Assembly: GCA_963803435.1 (NCBI GenBank)
Contig: CAWDML010000005.1
Span: forward strand, 32,001-96,000
Direction: 5' to 3'
DNA length: 64,000 bases
Source: an uncultured delta proteobacterium
GTDB taxonomy: Bacteria > Myxococcota > Kuafuiibacteriia > Kuafuiibacteriales > Kuafuiibacteriaceae
Part shown: positions 19,872 through 31,700 of the stretch, piece after piece
How the letters are laid out: every line of letters starts with the position of its first letter
Position numbering within the stretch: position 1 is the stretch's first letter
Translations under genes and position numbers: made by a program
The notes under the pieces: generated by a model
The model's database searches: none
Seen by the model: the letters and a program-made list of their open reading frames with translations, nothing else
Told to the model about the DNA's origin: nothing

Positions 19872-22727
19872 ATGTCGACGGAGCATCGGATCGAGGTCCG
19901 CGGCGCGCGCGAGCACAACCTGAAGAACGTGGACATCCTCATCCCCCGCGATCGCCTGGTGGTGATCACGGGCGTCTCCGGATCGGGCAAGAGCTCGCTC
20001 GCTTTCGACACGATCTACGCCGAGGGACAGCGGCGGTACGTCGAGTCGCTGTCTGCATATGCACGGCAGTTCCTGGACCAGATGCGGAAGCCCGACGTCG
20101 ACTCGATCGAAGGGCTGTCGCCGGCGATCTCGATCGAGCAGAAGACCACCTCGAACAACCCGCGGTCCACGGTCGCGACGGTCACCGAGATCTACGACTA
20201 CCTGCGGCTCTTGTACGCGCGGATCGGCAAGCCTGCTTGCCCGAGCTGCGGCAAGCCGGTGGCGCGGCAGACGGTGCAGCAGATCGTGGATCGGATGCTC
20301 GAGCGGCCCGAGGGCACCAAGATCATCCTGTTCGCTCCGATCGTGCGGGGCCGTAAGGGCGAGTACAAGAAGGACCTCGACCGGATGCGGAAGGAAGGCT
20401 TCACGCGGGTCCGGATCGACGGCACGGTCCGCGAGCTCTCGGAGCCGATCGAGATCGACAAGAAGCGGAAGCACGACATCGACGTGCAGATCGATCGGCT
20501 GGTGGCCAAGGCAGGGGCACGGCAGCGAATCACCGACTCGGTCGAGCTGGGCCTGAAGCTCGGTGAAGGTCTGCTCCGCGTCAGCTACGTGGGCGGCGAC
20601 GAGGAGCTGCTCTCGGAGAAGCTGGCGTGCCTCGACTGCGGGATCTCGATCCCGGAGATCGAGCCGCGGACGTTCTCGTTCAACAGCCCGCAGGGCGCCT
20701 GCCCCCAGTGCAGCGGCCTGGGCGAGGTGTCGTACTTCGATCCCGATCGGGTGGTGCCGGACCCGAAGCTGTCGCTCCAGGAGGGCGCCATCGCGCCCTG
20801 GGCCGGAAAGATGACGTGGTACGGGCCGGTGCTCGAGGCGCTGTGCAAGCACTACGATCAGTCGATGAAGACACCGTGGCACAAGCTGCCGGCCACCTTC
20901 AAGAAGAAGATCCTCGACGGCAGCGGCGATGAAGAGATCAAGATCGTCTTCAAGGGCGACGGCCATCGCTACACCTATAAGAAGCCGTTCGAGGGGGTGC
21001 TCCACGCGCTGGAGCGGCGGATGACGGAGTCGGCCTCCGACAACGTGCGCGAGGGGCTCTCGGAGTATACGACGATGGCGGCGTGCCCCGCGTGCAAGGG
21101 CTCGCGGCTCAAGGATGCCGCGCGCGTGGTGACGATCGGCGGTCTCGGGATCTGGGAGATCACACAGAAGTCGATCCGAGACGTGTCGGCGTGGTTCCGC
21201 GAGCTGAAGCTCGACCCGCGCGACGCCGAGATCGCCTCCCGTCTGCTGAAGGAGATCGACGAGCGTCTGGGGTTCCTGGTGCACGTGGGGCTCGACTATC
21301 TGACGCTCGATCGCCGCGCCGGCACGCTCTCCGGCGGAGAGGGACAGCGCATCCGCCTCGCGACGCAGATCGGCCGCTCGCTGGTGGGCGTGCTCTACAT
21401 CCTCGACGAGCCGTCGATCGGGCTCCACCAGCGCGACAATCAGCGGCTGCTCTCCACGTTGATGCGGCTGCGGGACCTCGGGAACACGGTGCTGGTGGTC
21501 GAGCACGACGAGGAGACCATCAGCGCGGCCGACTGGGTCGTGGACATGGGGCCGGGCGCGGGTGTGCACGGCGGGAAGGTGGTGTCGGAGGGGACGCCCG
21601 GGGCGATCAAGCTGGATTCGGCGTCGCTCACCGGGCGGTATCTCAGCGGGGCGCTCTCGATCGAGATCCCCGAGCAGCGCCGGCCGGCCCGCCTCGAGTC
21701 GCTGATCGTGAAGAACGCGTCGGGCAACAACCTGAAGAATCTCGACGTTCGCTTTCCGCTCGGCGTGTTCACCTGCGTGACGGGGGTGTCGGGGAGCGGC
21801 AAGTCGACGCTGGTCAACGAGACGCTGCACAAGGCGCTCTCGCGGGCGCTGCATCAGTCGACGGAGAAGCCGGCGCAGCACGAGGCCATCGAAGGGCTCG
21901 AGGCCGTCGACAAGGTGATCGACATCGATCAGTCACCGATCGGCCGCACGCCGCGCTCGAACCCGGCGACGTACACCCAGCTCTTCGGCGACATCCGCGA
22001 TCTCTTCTCGAACCTGCCCGAGGCGAAGATGCGCGGCTACAAGCCGGGGCGCTTCTCCTTCAACGTGAAGGGGGGACGCTGCGAGGCCTGCGAGGGTGAC
22101 GGCATCATCCGCATCGAGATGCACTTCCTGCCGGACATCTTCGTCACCTGCGAGACATGCAGCGGACGGCGGTACAATCGAGAGACGCTGGACGTCCTCT
22201 ACAAGGGCAAGTCGATCGCCGACGTCCTGGAGATGACGGTCGATGAGGCGACTGCCTTCCTCGGGAGCATCCCCCCGATCAAGCGCAAGCTGGCGACGCT
22301 CCAAGACGTGGGGCTCGGCTACATCCGGCTCGGCCAGCAGGCCACGACGCTCTCCGGCGGCGAGGCGCAGCGGATCAAGCTGGCGAAGGAGCTCTCGAAG
22401 CGATCAACGGGCAAGACGGTGTACATCCTGGACGAGCCGACCACGGGCCTGCACTTCGACGACATCAAGAAGCTGCTGCACGTGCTGCACCGTTTCGTCG
22501 AGCAGGGGAACACGGTCGTGGTCATCGAGCACAACCTGGACGTGATCAAGACCGCCGACTGGGTCATCGACCTCGGTCCCGAGGGCGGGCAGGCGGGCGG
22601 CCGGATCATCGCCGAAGGGACTCCGGAGAAGGTGGCGGCGGTTGAACAGAGCTATACCGGTCAGTTCTTGGCCAAGATTCTGCCGTCGGTGGACAGAGGC
22701 AAGCGACGTGCTGCCTCTGGGAGGTGA
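19872..22727 (+). CDS. uvrA: Excinuclease ABC subunit A
   Basis: GAREHNLKN, two GVSGSGKS Walker A motifs, two LSGGE signatures, zinc fingers; 951 aa. Confidence 0.99.
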   Translation: MSTEHRIEVRGAREHNLKNVDILIPRDRLVVITGVSGSGKSSLAFDTIYAEGQRRYVESLSAYARQFLDQMRKPDVDSIEGLSPAISIEQKTTSNNPRSTVATVTEIYDYLRLLYARIGKPACPSCGKPVARQTVQQIVDRMLERPEGTKIILFAPIVRGRKGEYKKDLDRMRKEGFTRVRIDGTVRELSEPIEIDKKRKHDIDVQIDRLVAKAGARQRITDSVELGLKLGEGLLRVSYVGGDEELLSEKLACLDCGISIPEIEPRTFSFNSPQGACPQCSGLGEVSYFDPDRVVPDPKLSLQEGAIAPWAGKMTWYGPVLEALCKHYDQSMKTPWHKLPATFKKKILDGSGDEEIKIVFKGDGHRYTYKKPFEGVLHALERRMTESASDNVREGLSEYTTMAACPACKGSRLKDAARVVTIGGLGIWEITQKSIRDVSAWFRELKLDPRDAEIASRLLKEIDERLGFLVHVGLDYLTLDRRAGTLSGGEGQRIRLATQIGRSLVGVLYILDEPSIGLHQRDNQRLLSTLMRLRDLGNTVLVVEHDEETISAADWVVDMGPGAGVHGGKVVSEGTPGAIKLDSASLTGRYLSGALSIEIPEQRRPARLESLIVKNASGNNLKNLDVRFPLGVFTCVTGVSGSGKSTLVNETLHKALSRALHQSTEKPAQHEAIEGLEAVDKVIDIDQSPIGRTPRSNPATYTQLFGDIRDLFSNLPEAKMRGYKPGRFSFNVKGGRCEACEGDGIIRIEMHFLPDIFVTCETCSGRRYNRETLDVLYKGKSIADVLEMTVDEATAFLGSIPPIKRKLATLQDVGLGYIRLGQQATTLSGGEAQRIKLAKELSKRSTGKTVYILDEPTTGLHFDDIKKLLHVLHRFVEQGNTVVVIEHNLDVIKTADWVIDLGPEGGQAGGRIIAEGTPEKVAAVEQSYTGQFLAKILPSVDRGKRRAASGR

Positions 22728-22730
22728 GCC

Positions 22731-23684
22731 ATGGTGCACGCGCAGCTGATCGATCCCAGTCGAGATCTCTTCGAGGAGATCGAGGGGATGAAGAGGGAGA
22801 TGAACGCGGTCCTGCTCGCGCACTACTACCAGGACGCGGACGTCCAGGACGTGGCCGACTTCATCGGCGATTCGCTGCAGCTGGCGCAGGAGGCGGCGAA
22901 GACGAACGCCGACGTGATCGTCTTCTGCGGCGTGCACTTCATGGCCGAGACCGCGAAGATCCTGAACCCGCAGAAGCTGGTGCTGGTGCCCGATCTCAAG
23001 GCGGGCTGCTCGCTGGCCGACGGGTGTCCTGCGGATGCGTTCGGACGGTGGCTGGAGCAGTACCCAAACCACTACGTGGTGAGCTACGTGAACTGCTCCG
23101 CGGGTGTGAAGGCCCTGTCCGACGTGATCGTCACCTCCTCGAACGCGCGCAGGATCGTGGCCAAGATCCCGGCCGACCGGCCGATCGTCTTCGCGCCGGA
23201 TCGTCACCTCGGGCGGTATCTGATCAAGGAGACCGGGCGCGACATGGTGCTGTGGCCAGGGACCTGTCAGGTGCACGAGCTCTTCTCTGAGAAGAAGCTG
23301 ATCCAGCTGATGACCCGCCATCCCGACGCCCTGGTGGTGGCGCACCCGGAGTGTGAGGCGTCGGTGTTGAAGCTCGCGCACCACGTCGGCTCGACGCGAT
23401 CGATCCTCGAGTACGTCGTGGGATCGGACCAGCGGGAGTTCATCATCGCCACCGAGCCGGGCATCATCCATCAGATGGAGGAGCAGACTGCCGGCCAGGG
23501 GAAGCGGTTCATCCCGGCTCCGCCCGATTCGGCGTGCGCGTGCAACGAGTGCCCGCACATGAAGCTCAACACGCTCGAGAAGCTCTACCTGTCCATGAAG
23601 CTGAGGACGCCGCGGCTCGAGATGGACGAGCGGCTCCGCGAGAAGGCGCTGGCACCGATCCAGCGCATGCTCGAGTGGAGCTAG
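22731..23684 (+). CDS. nadA: Quinolinate synthase
   Basis: [36 protein letters not shown]. Confidence 0.97.
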   Translation: MVHAQLIDPSRDLFEEIEGMKREMNAVLLAHYYQDADVQDVADFIGDSLQLAQEAAKTNADVIVFCGVHFMAETAKILNPQKLVLVPDLKAGCSLADGCPADAFGRWLEQYPNHYVVSYVNCSAGVKALSDVIVTSSNARRIVAKIPADRPIVFAPDRHLGRYLIKETGRDMVLWPGTCQVHELFSEKKLIQLMTRHPDALVVAHPECEASVLKLAHHVGSTRSILEYVVGSDQREFIIATEPGIIHQMEEQTAGQGKRFIPAPPDSACACNECPHMKLNTLEKLYLSMKLRTPRLEMDERLREKALAPIQRMLEWS

Positions 23685-23694
23685 ACGCGCGGCG

Positions 23695-24837
23695 ATGGCC
23701 CTCGATCTGTTCGACGACGACTCGATCGTGTTGCGGCCGACGACCGCCTACGTCGACGTGCGGGCGTTGCGAGGCAACGTCGCGGCGATCCGCCGGCAGG
23801 TGGGCGACGCCGAGATCATGGGGATCGTGAAGGCCAACGCCTACGGGCACGGGCTGATCCGGACCGCCAAGGAGATCCTCGCGGCAGGGGTCGATCAGCT
23901 CGGGGTCGCGTTCCTGGAGGAAGGCATCGCCCTGCGGCGGGCCGGCGTGGACGCGCCGATCCTGGTGTTGGGCGGGATCATCGGGAATCAGATCCAGTAC
24001 TTCCTCGAGTTCGATCTGATGATCACGGCTTCGTCGCCCTTCAAGCTGGAGCAGATCGAGGAGGTCGCCACGGCCGCGAACAAGCGCGCCAAGGTCCACC
24101 TGAAGATCGACACCGGCATGGAGCGCATCGGGATCCACTGGGACAACGCCGGCCGGTTGTTCGAGGCGGCGCTCTCCGCGAAGCACTGCGAGCTGATGGG
24201 CGTGTTCACGCACCTCGCCTCTTCGGACTCGGGCGATCCGCACTATACGGAGCTCCAGCTCGATCGATTCGAGGAGGCGCTCCGGTTCTTCGAGACACGG
24301 GGCCTTCCGATGCCGGTGCGCCACGTCGCGAACTCGGGCGCGGTGCTCCAGCACCCCCGTGCGCGCTTCGACATGGTGCGGCCAGGGCTCATCTTGTACG
24401 GGGTCTATCCGTCGAGCGCGGTGGCCCGAACGATCCCGCTCGCGCCCGTGCTCTCGCTGAAGACGCGCGTCGTGTACTTCAAGGTGGTGCGGAGCGGGTC
24501 GCCCGTCAGCTACGACTCGACGTGGTCGCCCGCGCAAGACACGCGCGTGGTGACGCTTCCGGTGGGCTACGGAGACGGCTACCCGCGCAACCTCTCGGGC
24601 AAGGCGGAGGTCCTGATCCACGGGCGTCGCTTCCCCGTCGTCGGTCGGATCACGATGGACGCCCTGATGGTCGATATCGGAGCGGCCAGCGCCTACAACG
24701 GTGATGAGGCTGTGCTCCTCGGCAAGCAGGGCGACGCGTCGATCCGGGTGGAAGAGCTGGCGGAGTGGCTGGGAACCATCCCGTACGAGATCCTGACCAT
24801 GATCAACACGCGCGTTCCCAGACACTACCTCGAGTGA
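23695..24837 (+). CDS. alr: Alanine racemase
   Basis: VKANAYGHG PLP lysine, KIDTGMER, VRPGL, GYGDG, GRITMD, TIPYE. Confidence 0.97.
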   Translation: MALDLFDDDSIVLRPTTAYVDVRALRGNVAAIRRQVGDAEIMGIVKANAYGHGLIRTAKEILAAGVDQLGVAFLEEGIALRRAGVDAPILVLGGIIGNQIQYFLEFDLMITASSPFKLEQIEEVATAANKRAKVHLKIDTGMERIGIHWDNAGRLFEAALSAKHCELMGVFTHLASSDSGDPHYTELQLDRFEEALRFFETRGLPMPVRHVANSGAVLQHPRARFDMVRPGLILYGVYPSSAVARTIPLAPVLSLKTRVVYFKVVRSGSPVSYDSTWSPAQDTRVVTLPVGYGDGYPRNLSGKAEVLIHGRRFPVVGRITMDALMVDIGAASAYNGDEAVLLGKQGDASIRVEELAEWLGTIPYEILTMINTRVPRHYLE

Positions 24838-24940
24838 ACGCGTCCCATACATGAGCAGGCGGCGCCCGCCGCCATAACTTGCGGTGCCCGGACGATCCAT
24901 TGCACAGTAGGCGGCAACCTCGGAGGCCCGGCCGGATGGC

Positions 24941-25483
24941 GTGGCCTCTGCAGGTGACGAGGTTCCGGTGCGACGATCCAGAGGCTTCACGCTCACTGAA
25001 ATGATGATCGTCATCGCGATCGTCGGGATTCTCGCGGCGCTCGTCATCCCGAACTTCGCCCGGAGCCGCGAGTTCGCGCAGCTCCATCGGGCCACCCGGA
25101 AGATCGTCGGCGTGGTGGCCCGCGCCCGCACCCTGGCGGCCACGGGCAAGAACGAGAACTACGCCGGCTGGGCGCCCACGGATCGGACGGTCCAGTCGGG
25201 GATCCTCATCACCGCCACCGGCTACCAGCTCTTCGTCGATCGCAACCGCATCCTGGACGGCGACGAGATCCTGATCGAGGTCGTCGACTACGCGACGATC
25301 GGCACCATCGACTATGCTCAGAACGTGCAGCTCACCGCCCCAGCCCCGGGAACGGAGATCCGTTTCGACAAGAACGGGACGCTCTCCACGCCCTCGGACG
25401 TCAACGTGATCCTGCGAGATGCGGGGAGCGGTGTGACGGAGACGGTCCGTATCGCCTATGGTGGGAGCACCAAAATCCTCTGA
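24941..25483 (+). CDS. Type IV minor pilin, FimT/FimU-like
   Basis: Prepilin site RRSRG|FTLTEMMIVIAIVGILAAL; IRFDKNG near the C-terminus. Confidence 0.85.
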   Translation: MASAGDEVPVRRSRGFTLTEMMIVIAIVGILAALVIPNFARSREFAQLHRATRKIVGVVARARTLAATGKNENYAGWAPTDRTVQSGILITATGYQLFVDRNRILDGDEILIEVVDYATIGTIDYAQNVQLTAPAPGTEIRFDKNGTLSTPSDVNVILRDAGSGVTETVRIAYGGSTKIL

Positions 25484-25549
25484 CGGGAGTTTGCGGTCTG
25501 ATCCCGACGTATTGCGGGGTCATCGGCCGGAAGGTCTTTCACCCTCACA

Positions 25550-25565
25550 TGGCCTGATGCCTGCA
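25550..25565 (+). promoter_or_regulatory. Putative sigma54 promoter upstream of the pilV-like gene
   Basis: TGGCCTGATGCCTGCA, GG-N10-GC spacing, 17 bp before the ATG. Confidence 0.5.
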
Positions 25566-25582
25566 GCCACGGAGGCACTCGA

Positions 25583-26191
25583 ATGAGAATCCATCATCCC
25601 CGGCGCGGACGGCGCGGCTTCTCTCTCCTGGAAGCGATGATTGCGGCCGGCGTGCTCGGGATCGGTCTCGTCGGTCTGGCCCGCCTCCACATCACGTCGA
25701 TCCAGGGCGTGGTCAAATCGGAGGAGATGAGCAGCGGCGCCGAGGTCGCCCGGCAGATCGCGGATACCTTCGCGACGCTCGACTGGCCGAGCATCCCGGC
25801 CTGCCTGCCGGGCCCGAACGGCATCCCCACGTGGGCGATCCCGCCGCAGACCGCCAACGGTTGCTCGTCGTCCCTCGGACCGACCACGGTCTTCGCGGCG
25901 CCGAAGGCGGCCGGATGCACGGCGTTTTTCAGCGCCGACGGCGTGCCCGACGTCTCCAATGCCGGCTGGGTGACGAACCCGATGCAGAGCGATGCGACCG
26001 CGGCCACCGCCAAGTATCGCGTCGACCTCGCGGTCTCCCAGCATCCGGACGTCGCGAACTTTCCCAACAGCCTCAGCGCGTCGCCGGACCAGGAGCCGGT
26101 CCAGGTCCTGTGGGTCTGGGTCTGCTGGAGCGACGAGAGCGGATCGGTGCACGAGATCTCCACCAGCCGGGTGATGTCCAGGGACCTGTAG
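25583..26191 (+). CDS. Type IV minor pilin, PilV-like
   Basis: RRG|FSLLEAMIA prepilin motif; second in the fimU-pilV-pilW-pilX order. Confidence 0.85.
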   Translation: MRIHHPRRGRRGFSLLEAMIAAGVLGIGLVGLARLHITSIQGVVKSEEMSSGAEVARQIADTFATLDWPSIPACLPGPNGIPTWAIPPQTANGCSSSLGPTTVFAAPKAAGCTAFFSADGVPDVSNAGWVTNPMQSDATAATAKYRVDLAVSQHPDVANFPNSLSASPDQEPVQVLWVWVCWSDESGSVHEISTSRVMSRDL

Positions 26192-26193
26192 CC

Positions 26194-27357
26194 ATGAGGA
26201 AGCGCAAGGCCAAATTTTCCCGCGGTCTGACCCTCGTCGAGCTGATGATTGGCGTCGCCATCGCTCTGTTTCTCACCGCGGCGGCGCTGACCTTCGTCCA
26301 GCACGAGACCCGCTTGATGGGCGTCTCTCAGGATCGCCTGGGAATGATCCAGGGCGGGCGGGCCGCGCTGGATCTGATGGCGGACGACATCCGGAGCGCA
26401 GGACAAGGGATCGGCTACGACGAGGCGGGCAACTTCGGCGGCTTGCTCTTGGGTCAGTTCAGCGCGGGCGGCCAGAACTGGAACCCGTCCGGAGCGCCGA
26501 ACCCCAACCCCTCGGCCTCGCCGCCCGGCCTCGGTGCGTATCGGACGATCTCGCTGGTCAACACGGCCGGCGGGGCCCCGGTCGGCGCCGCCTGGAACTC
26601 GCAGGTCGTCGACATCGGTGTGGTCTACGCGACGGGCGCGTATCGATCGATCGCGGACTTCCAGAACACCACGCTCGAGTTCTGCGCGCGGGACGACGAC
26701 AACGACGGGGTGGGGGACGTCGGGTTCCAGGATGGGGAAGTCGCGATCATGCGGGAGGCGCCCGGAATCGCCGCCGAGACCATTGTGCTCAGCGGGCTCA
26801 GCGGACCTGCGCCCTGCTCCAAGGGCAGCTGCATCTATGATTGCATCTCCGCCACCTGGTCTCTGGCGCCCACCCAGCTGTTCAACAGCGGTCCGGCGGC
26901 GGCCGGGGTCACCTACTTCGATGGGGAGGTGCAGGGCGGGGCCCGCACCGTCGTGTGGTTCAACGCGGCCGATGCGAACGGCTGGGGCACACTGCGACGC
27001 GCCGAGTTCCGCGTTCCGGGCGACGACTGCGCTGCGATCGACGACACCTGCGGCGGCGCGGTCGCCGAGGGTGCCGAGAGCCTCCAGATTCAGGTCTGGC
27101 AGTGGAACACGACGCCTCCGCAATGGGTGAACGTCGGCCAGGGACCGATCGACTCGCCCGGACGGCTTCGCGTCGACGTCGAGCTCGTCGTGCGCGCCGA
27201 AGGAACCGACACGCGCGCGCACCAGGTCGAAACGCTCCGTCTTCGCAGTGGGCAATGCGTTCCGATGCCATGTGGGCCGCCGGTCGACTACACCGAGCGC
27301 AGGACCTACCGCACCAGCATCGAGATCAAGAACTCGGGCTACATGAATCTGAGGTGA
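26194..27357 (+). CDS. Type IV minor pilin, PilW-like
   Basis: FSRG|LTLVELMI, GRAALDLMADDIRSAG, VAEGAESLQIQ, C-terminal IEIKN. Confidence 0.88.
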   Translation: MRKRKAKFSRGLTLVELMIGVAIALFLTAAALTFVQHETRLMGVSQDRLGMIQGGRAALDLMADDIRSAGQGIGYDEAGNFGGLLLGQFSAGGQNWNPSGAPNPNPSASPPGLGAYRTISLVNTAGGAPVGAAWNSQVVDIGVVYATGAYRSIADFQNTTLEFCARDDDNDGVGDVGFQDGEVAIMREAPGIAAETIVLSGLSGPAPCSKGSCIYDCISATWSLAPTQLFNSGPAAAGVTYFDGEVQGGARTVVWFNAADANGWGTLRRAEFRVPGDDCAAIDDTCGGAVAEGAESLQIQVWQWNTTPPQWVNVGQGPIDSPGRLRVDVELVVRAEGTDTRAHQVETLRLRSGQCVPMPCGPPVDYTERRTYRTSIEIKNSGYMNLR

Positions 27358-27362
27358 CCAGG

Positions 27363-27962
27363 ATGAAGAAACCGAGCGAACGCGAACGCGGGTTCGCACT
27401 GCTGATCGTCGTCTTGCTGGTCGCGCTCTTGGCGTTGACCGGCGCGGCGCTCCTCGATCTGGTCAGCGTCGACATCACCCTCTCGGGCGAGCATCAGAAG
27501 ATCGTCCGCGCCCAGCTGCTGGCGGACGGCGGTCTGCGGGAGGTCCTCGCCGACGTGAACTCGCAAGCCCGGCTCCCCGAGTTCGACTACTGCGCGAGCA
27601 ACGTGCCCAGCGTCGGGTGCCCGAACTACCGCTACAACTGGGCCAGCCTGACCGGCGGGGTCTACATGAAGGATCCCGACAACGTCTTCGGGATCCGGGC
27701 CCCGCTCGACGAGAGCAACAGCGCCCTCGCGAAGTTCACTGCAGCGCCCAGGAGCCAAGAGAACTACGAGGCGACGATCGACATCGTTCGAGTCGTCGAG
27801 GTTCCCGATACGTCGCTCACGGTGACCCGGGCCGTGGTGTACGAGGTCAACACGAGCGCGTCCGTCGCCGGCGGCGATGTGTATCGCGCCGTCTCCGCAG
27901 AGATCTACAAGAAGAGCAGCGCTCAGCCGGGCTCGCTGCTGCCGACGCAGCACTTCCGCTGA
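27363..27962 (+). CDS. Type IV minor pilin, PilX-like
   Basis: RERG|FALLIVVLLV lacking Glu5 (PilX hallmark), AQLLADGG. Confidence 0.85.
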   Translation: MKKPSERERGFALLIVVLLVALLALTGAALLDLVSVDITLSGEHQKIVRAQLLADGGLREVLADVNSQARLPEFDYCASNVPSVGCPNYRYNWASLTGGVYMKDPDNVFGIRAPLDESNSALAKFTAAPRSQENYEATIDIVRVVEVPDTSLTVTRAVVYEVNTSASVAGGDVYRAVSAEIYKKSSAQPGSLLPTQHFR

Positions 27963-28525
27963 GCTCGCCCGCGCCTGCAGGCTAGCTTGCGGATAAGGAC
28001 CAGCCCGAACACCAGCGCGAGCCAGGCGGCGCTCCCTCGGGGCGCACGCGTGGTCGTGCAACCACACTTGCCGTCGTCGAAGACCTTGTCCTTGGGAGGG
28101 GTCGTGCCGCGGCCGCCGGGCAGCATCGTGGTGGGATCCTGGGCGTCTGGAAACGCCACGTCGATCCGTCCGGCGTCCGCCCCCGTGTCGGCGCCGGTGT
28201 CCTCCATCGCGTCGAGCGCGGCCGCATCGATCGGCCCGCCGTCGTCGCCGGCGTCGGTCGCCGCGTCCACGCCGCCATCGATGCCGGCGTCCGCCGCACA
28301 GACCAGCCCGACGCACTGGAAGTTGACGCAGGTCCCGCCCGGGTTGCAGTGACTGTCGTCCATGCACAGGACGCAGACGTGGGTGATCGGGTTGCAGCCC
28401 CTCCCGATGGTGTTACAGCTGTTGCCGGTGGCCGGATCGATCGAGCAGGCGTCGCTGCAGTAGAAGCCCCCCGCGATGGCCGAGGTCGGAACGAGGGCGA
28501 GCAGCGCGCCGAGGAGATATCTCAC
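27923..28525 (-). CDS. Cys-rich secreted protein with MYXO-CTERM sorting signal
   Basis: Signal peptide VRYLLGALLALVPTSAIA, Cys-rich domain, DAG/DGG linker, then GKCGC...AAWLALVFGLVLIRK. Confidence 0.75.
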   Translation of the reverse strand: MRYLLGALLALVPTSAIAGGFYCSDACSIDPATGNSCNTIGRGCNPITHVCVLCMDDSHCNPGGTCVNFQCVGLVCAADAGIDGGVDAATDAGDDGGPIDAAALDAMEDTGADTGADAGRIDVAFPDAQDPTTMLPGGRGTTPPKDKVFDDGKCGCTTTRAPRGSAAWLALVFGLVLIRKLACRRGRAQRKCCVGSSEPG

Positions 28526-28666
28526 TCGGCCAGATTTCCCTCGACCGCGGCGGGCCGCAAGTTCGCGGTCCCTGTAGGCGTTCGTAGGCACTTGGCTGCG
28601 CGCGAATCTGCGGTGCACAAACAGAGCGTTGCAGACCCAATCCCTCGATTTACCTGAGCCCCTGGT

Positions 28667-28682
28667 TGGCCCCTCGCCTGCA
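28667..28682 (+). promoter_or_regulatory. Putative sigma54 promoter upstream of pilY1
   Basis: TGGCCCCTCGCCTGCA, GG-N10-GC, very similar to the motif at 25550. Confidence 0.5.
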
Positions 28683-28741
28683 GAAGGTCGACGCCACGAT
28701 CCGGGCGGGGTTTCATTCGGCCTGGACGCGGAGAGGTAGGG

Positions 28742-31700
28742 ATGTTGCACACCGCATTGGTCGTTAGCCTGGGCGCGGGCCTCGTCAGCCAGGTCACCTA
28801 TCCGGACCAGATCGACATTCTGCGAGGTGCGGACACGACGCCTCAGATCGAGCTCGTCCTCGATACGTCGGGCTCGATGGACGCCGGTTGGGGGTGTTTC
28901 CCCAGCGTCTGCAACTACTACTACGGGACGCGTCCGGCTCCGGGAGCGCTCGGGGGCTCGGACCTGGAGCGTGACTGCAACGGCGCCGCCAACGAGCTGT
29001 CGAAGAACGACCAGATCAAGGCGGCCCTGACGGGCTGCACGCGGTTCGACGACGGCGTCCTCGACAAGTGGGACCAGCGCGTCCTGTTCTCGGTCCGAGA
29101 GTTCGGCGGTGACACCTTCTCGGGCGGCGTTCGGACCGGTCTTCTCGTCAACTTCGATCCGACCTTCGCGAACCACGCCGGCCTCGAGTCGGCGGTGCTC
29201 GGTCTGCGAAACTACGGCGGAACGCCGCTGGCCGAGGCCTACGTGCTGGCCGGCCAGCACATGAATGCGTTCTTCCGGGACACCAACACCGAGCAGTGCC
29301 GGCAGAACTACATCGTGTTGATGACGGACGGCGAGGGCAACGGCCCGAGCGCGACCGCCAACTGGATCACGAACCTCGGCGGCGTCACCATCAACGATGC
29401 GGCCACCTGTTTCCCGAACCTGTGCGGCGCCCCGTACACGCCGCCCTTCGCCGACGCGGTCGCCGCGTACATGTTCGACGGCGTTGGACCGGGCGTCACG
29501 GCGCTGGGCAATACCATCGACAACTCGGTGACGCCGAACCTGAGCATCCCGGTGAGCTCGGGCATCGGGCTCGACGCGCTGATGGGCGTGACCGGCGTCC
29601 AGCCGATCCGCACCTACACGATCGGATTCCAGGCCCCGAGCAACGCGCAGGCGCTGCTCTCGGCCATGGCGGTGGAGGGCGACGGCAACTACTACAACGC
29701 GACCAACTACCAGCAGCTCGATCAGGCCTTCACGGACATCATCACCAGCATCGTGGCGCGTTCGAACGTGACGTTCACCGCCGGCAGCGTCCAGACCGAC
29801 GGTATCTTCTCGGGCAACTACATCTACAGCAGCGCGTTCAAGCCGGTGGATGCAGGGAACTGGCTGGGAACGACGCGGAAGTACTGCATCGTGCCTCCGA
29901 CGCCGGCCGACACCTCGTGCATCTTCTACTACCCGTCCGGCAACGTGAACAACGGGCTGCACACCAACCCGGCGGCCCAGGACATCTGGTCCGCGCAGAT
30001 CGGTCCCGGCGTGCAGGTGCAGGACGCGACGCAGGGCGGCTCGGGGCTCCGGATCTGGAACGACCTCCTCAACGTGACCGCCCAGACCGATCCTCCGCCG
30101 GCGACCAACCCGCTGGGCCGGCGGACGATCCTCACCTGGCGCCACGGTGTAGTGGGCTACGTGCCGGTGGACGGGACGAATCTGACCACCGCGGACACCT
30201 GGACGAACAACCTTTGTGAGCACTACTCGCTGCTCAACAAGCTGCACGGGTATACGTACGACGTCGCCGACTGTCCCGGCGGCAACTACGCGCCCATCAA
30301 CGTCGAGCAGTGGCCGGAGGGTGACTCGATCAACAGCGGCAACGTGGTCATCAAGTACACGAAGAACTGCGAGAGCGCGACCGATCGCTGCTACGTGGCC
30401 ACGGTCGCCAACGACGGCATGCTACACTTCTTCAACGCATATTCCGGGATCGAGACCTCCGCGATCATCCCGGCGGATCTCTGGCAGCCCAACTCGATCG
30501 CGCACAACACGCTCGCCGAGATCATGCTGCAGCCGAACCTCGAGAGCTCCCGCAAGTTCTACTTCGACGGTCGACTTCGCCTGTTCCACGACGACAACGG
30601 TGGTGTCCCGTTTGTCGCGGCCAACGCTGGCAACGGCGTCATCGACCCCGGTGAGCCGGCGCAGTTGATCGCGCCCCTCGGCCGCGCGGGCGCCGCCATG
30701 ATCGAGTTCTCGATGATGCAGTTCAACGGCGTTCCCGACGACACGAGGAACCCGCCGCGCGCGCTGTATCCGGACCCGACCACCGGCTATCAGAACCTCC
30801 AGGACACCTGGGCGGCGCCGTGGATCGGACGCTTCCGCTACCAGGGCTCCGACCGCGCGATCGCGGCCTTCTCCAGCGGTCACCGTCGCGAAGAGGACGC
30901 CCCCACCGCCCAGATCGGCGCCGTGCTCTCCGGCTCGGGCCGACCCGGCGGCCTGCTCGATTCGCCAGGCAGCCCGCAGGGACAGACCTGCAACGCGGCC
31001 AGCAGCGACGCCAACTGGACGGGCGTGAGCAGCGCGATCTGCGACCCGATCGCCGCCGCCGGCCTCACCCCGCAGACCTGTGTGGCGTTCAACAACAACA
31101 ACGCGTGCGCGGGCTACGTCCTCGGCCTGTTCGCCAGCCCGTGCTGCTACGACTGGTCCGGCTGGGCGGCCATCGCGCCGCCGCCGTGGGACTTCAGCAC
31201 CACCGGCGGGAGCGGACACTCGATCATCTACGGCCCGATCTCCTGGCAGAACGGCGGCGGCCAAGTCGGCGCGGCCTACCGGGTCGGGTTCGACCGCTTG
31301 ATCCTGCAGCCGAACGACTACGTCGCGGTTCTGGACGGCCAGCAGCACGAGGTCGGTCGCATCACGGGGAACGGAACGGACCTCGCGGCGAGCGGCACCA
31401 TCTACACGCCGTGGGTGAACGACGCGAGCTTCTATCTCCAGCTGCGAACGGACGGGATCGACGACGCGGACTCCTTCCTCGCGCCGTTCAACATCAGCGA
31501 CTTCCAGTATGTTCGTCGCGCCACCACTGGAGCCGTCGGCTCGCTCTCCTACCCGACGATCTACCTGGTGGACGTGAACCGGTGGAACGGCCCCAACCTC
31601 GACGGCTCGGGCGGGCAGGGCTTCTCGAGCGTTCCGACGGCGGGCGATGCGCGCCAGGCCGACGCGCTCCTTGCTCGCATCACCAGCCGCTGCTCGGGGA

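Noticed and set aside
18645-21881. 1078-aa minus-strand ORF that looks like a long N-terminal fusion to RNase HII
   Set aside because: The extension is the antisense shadow of uvrA and the YkgJ gene in high-GC DNA; only the last ~232 aa are RnhB.
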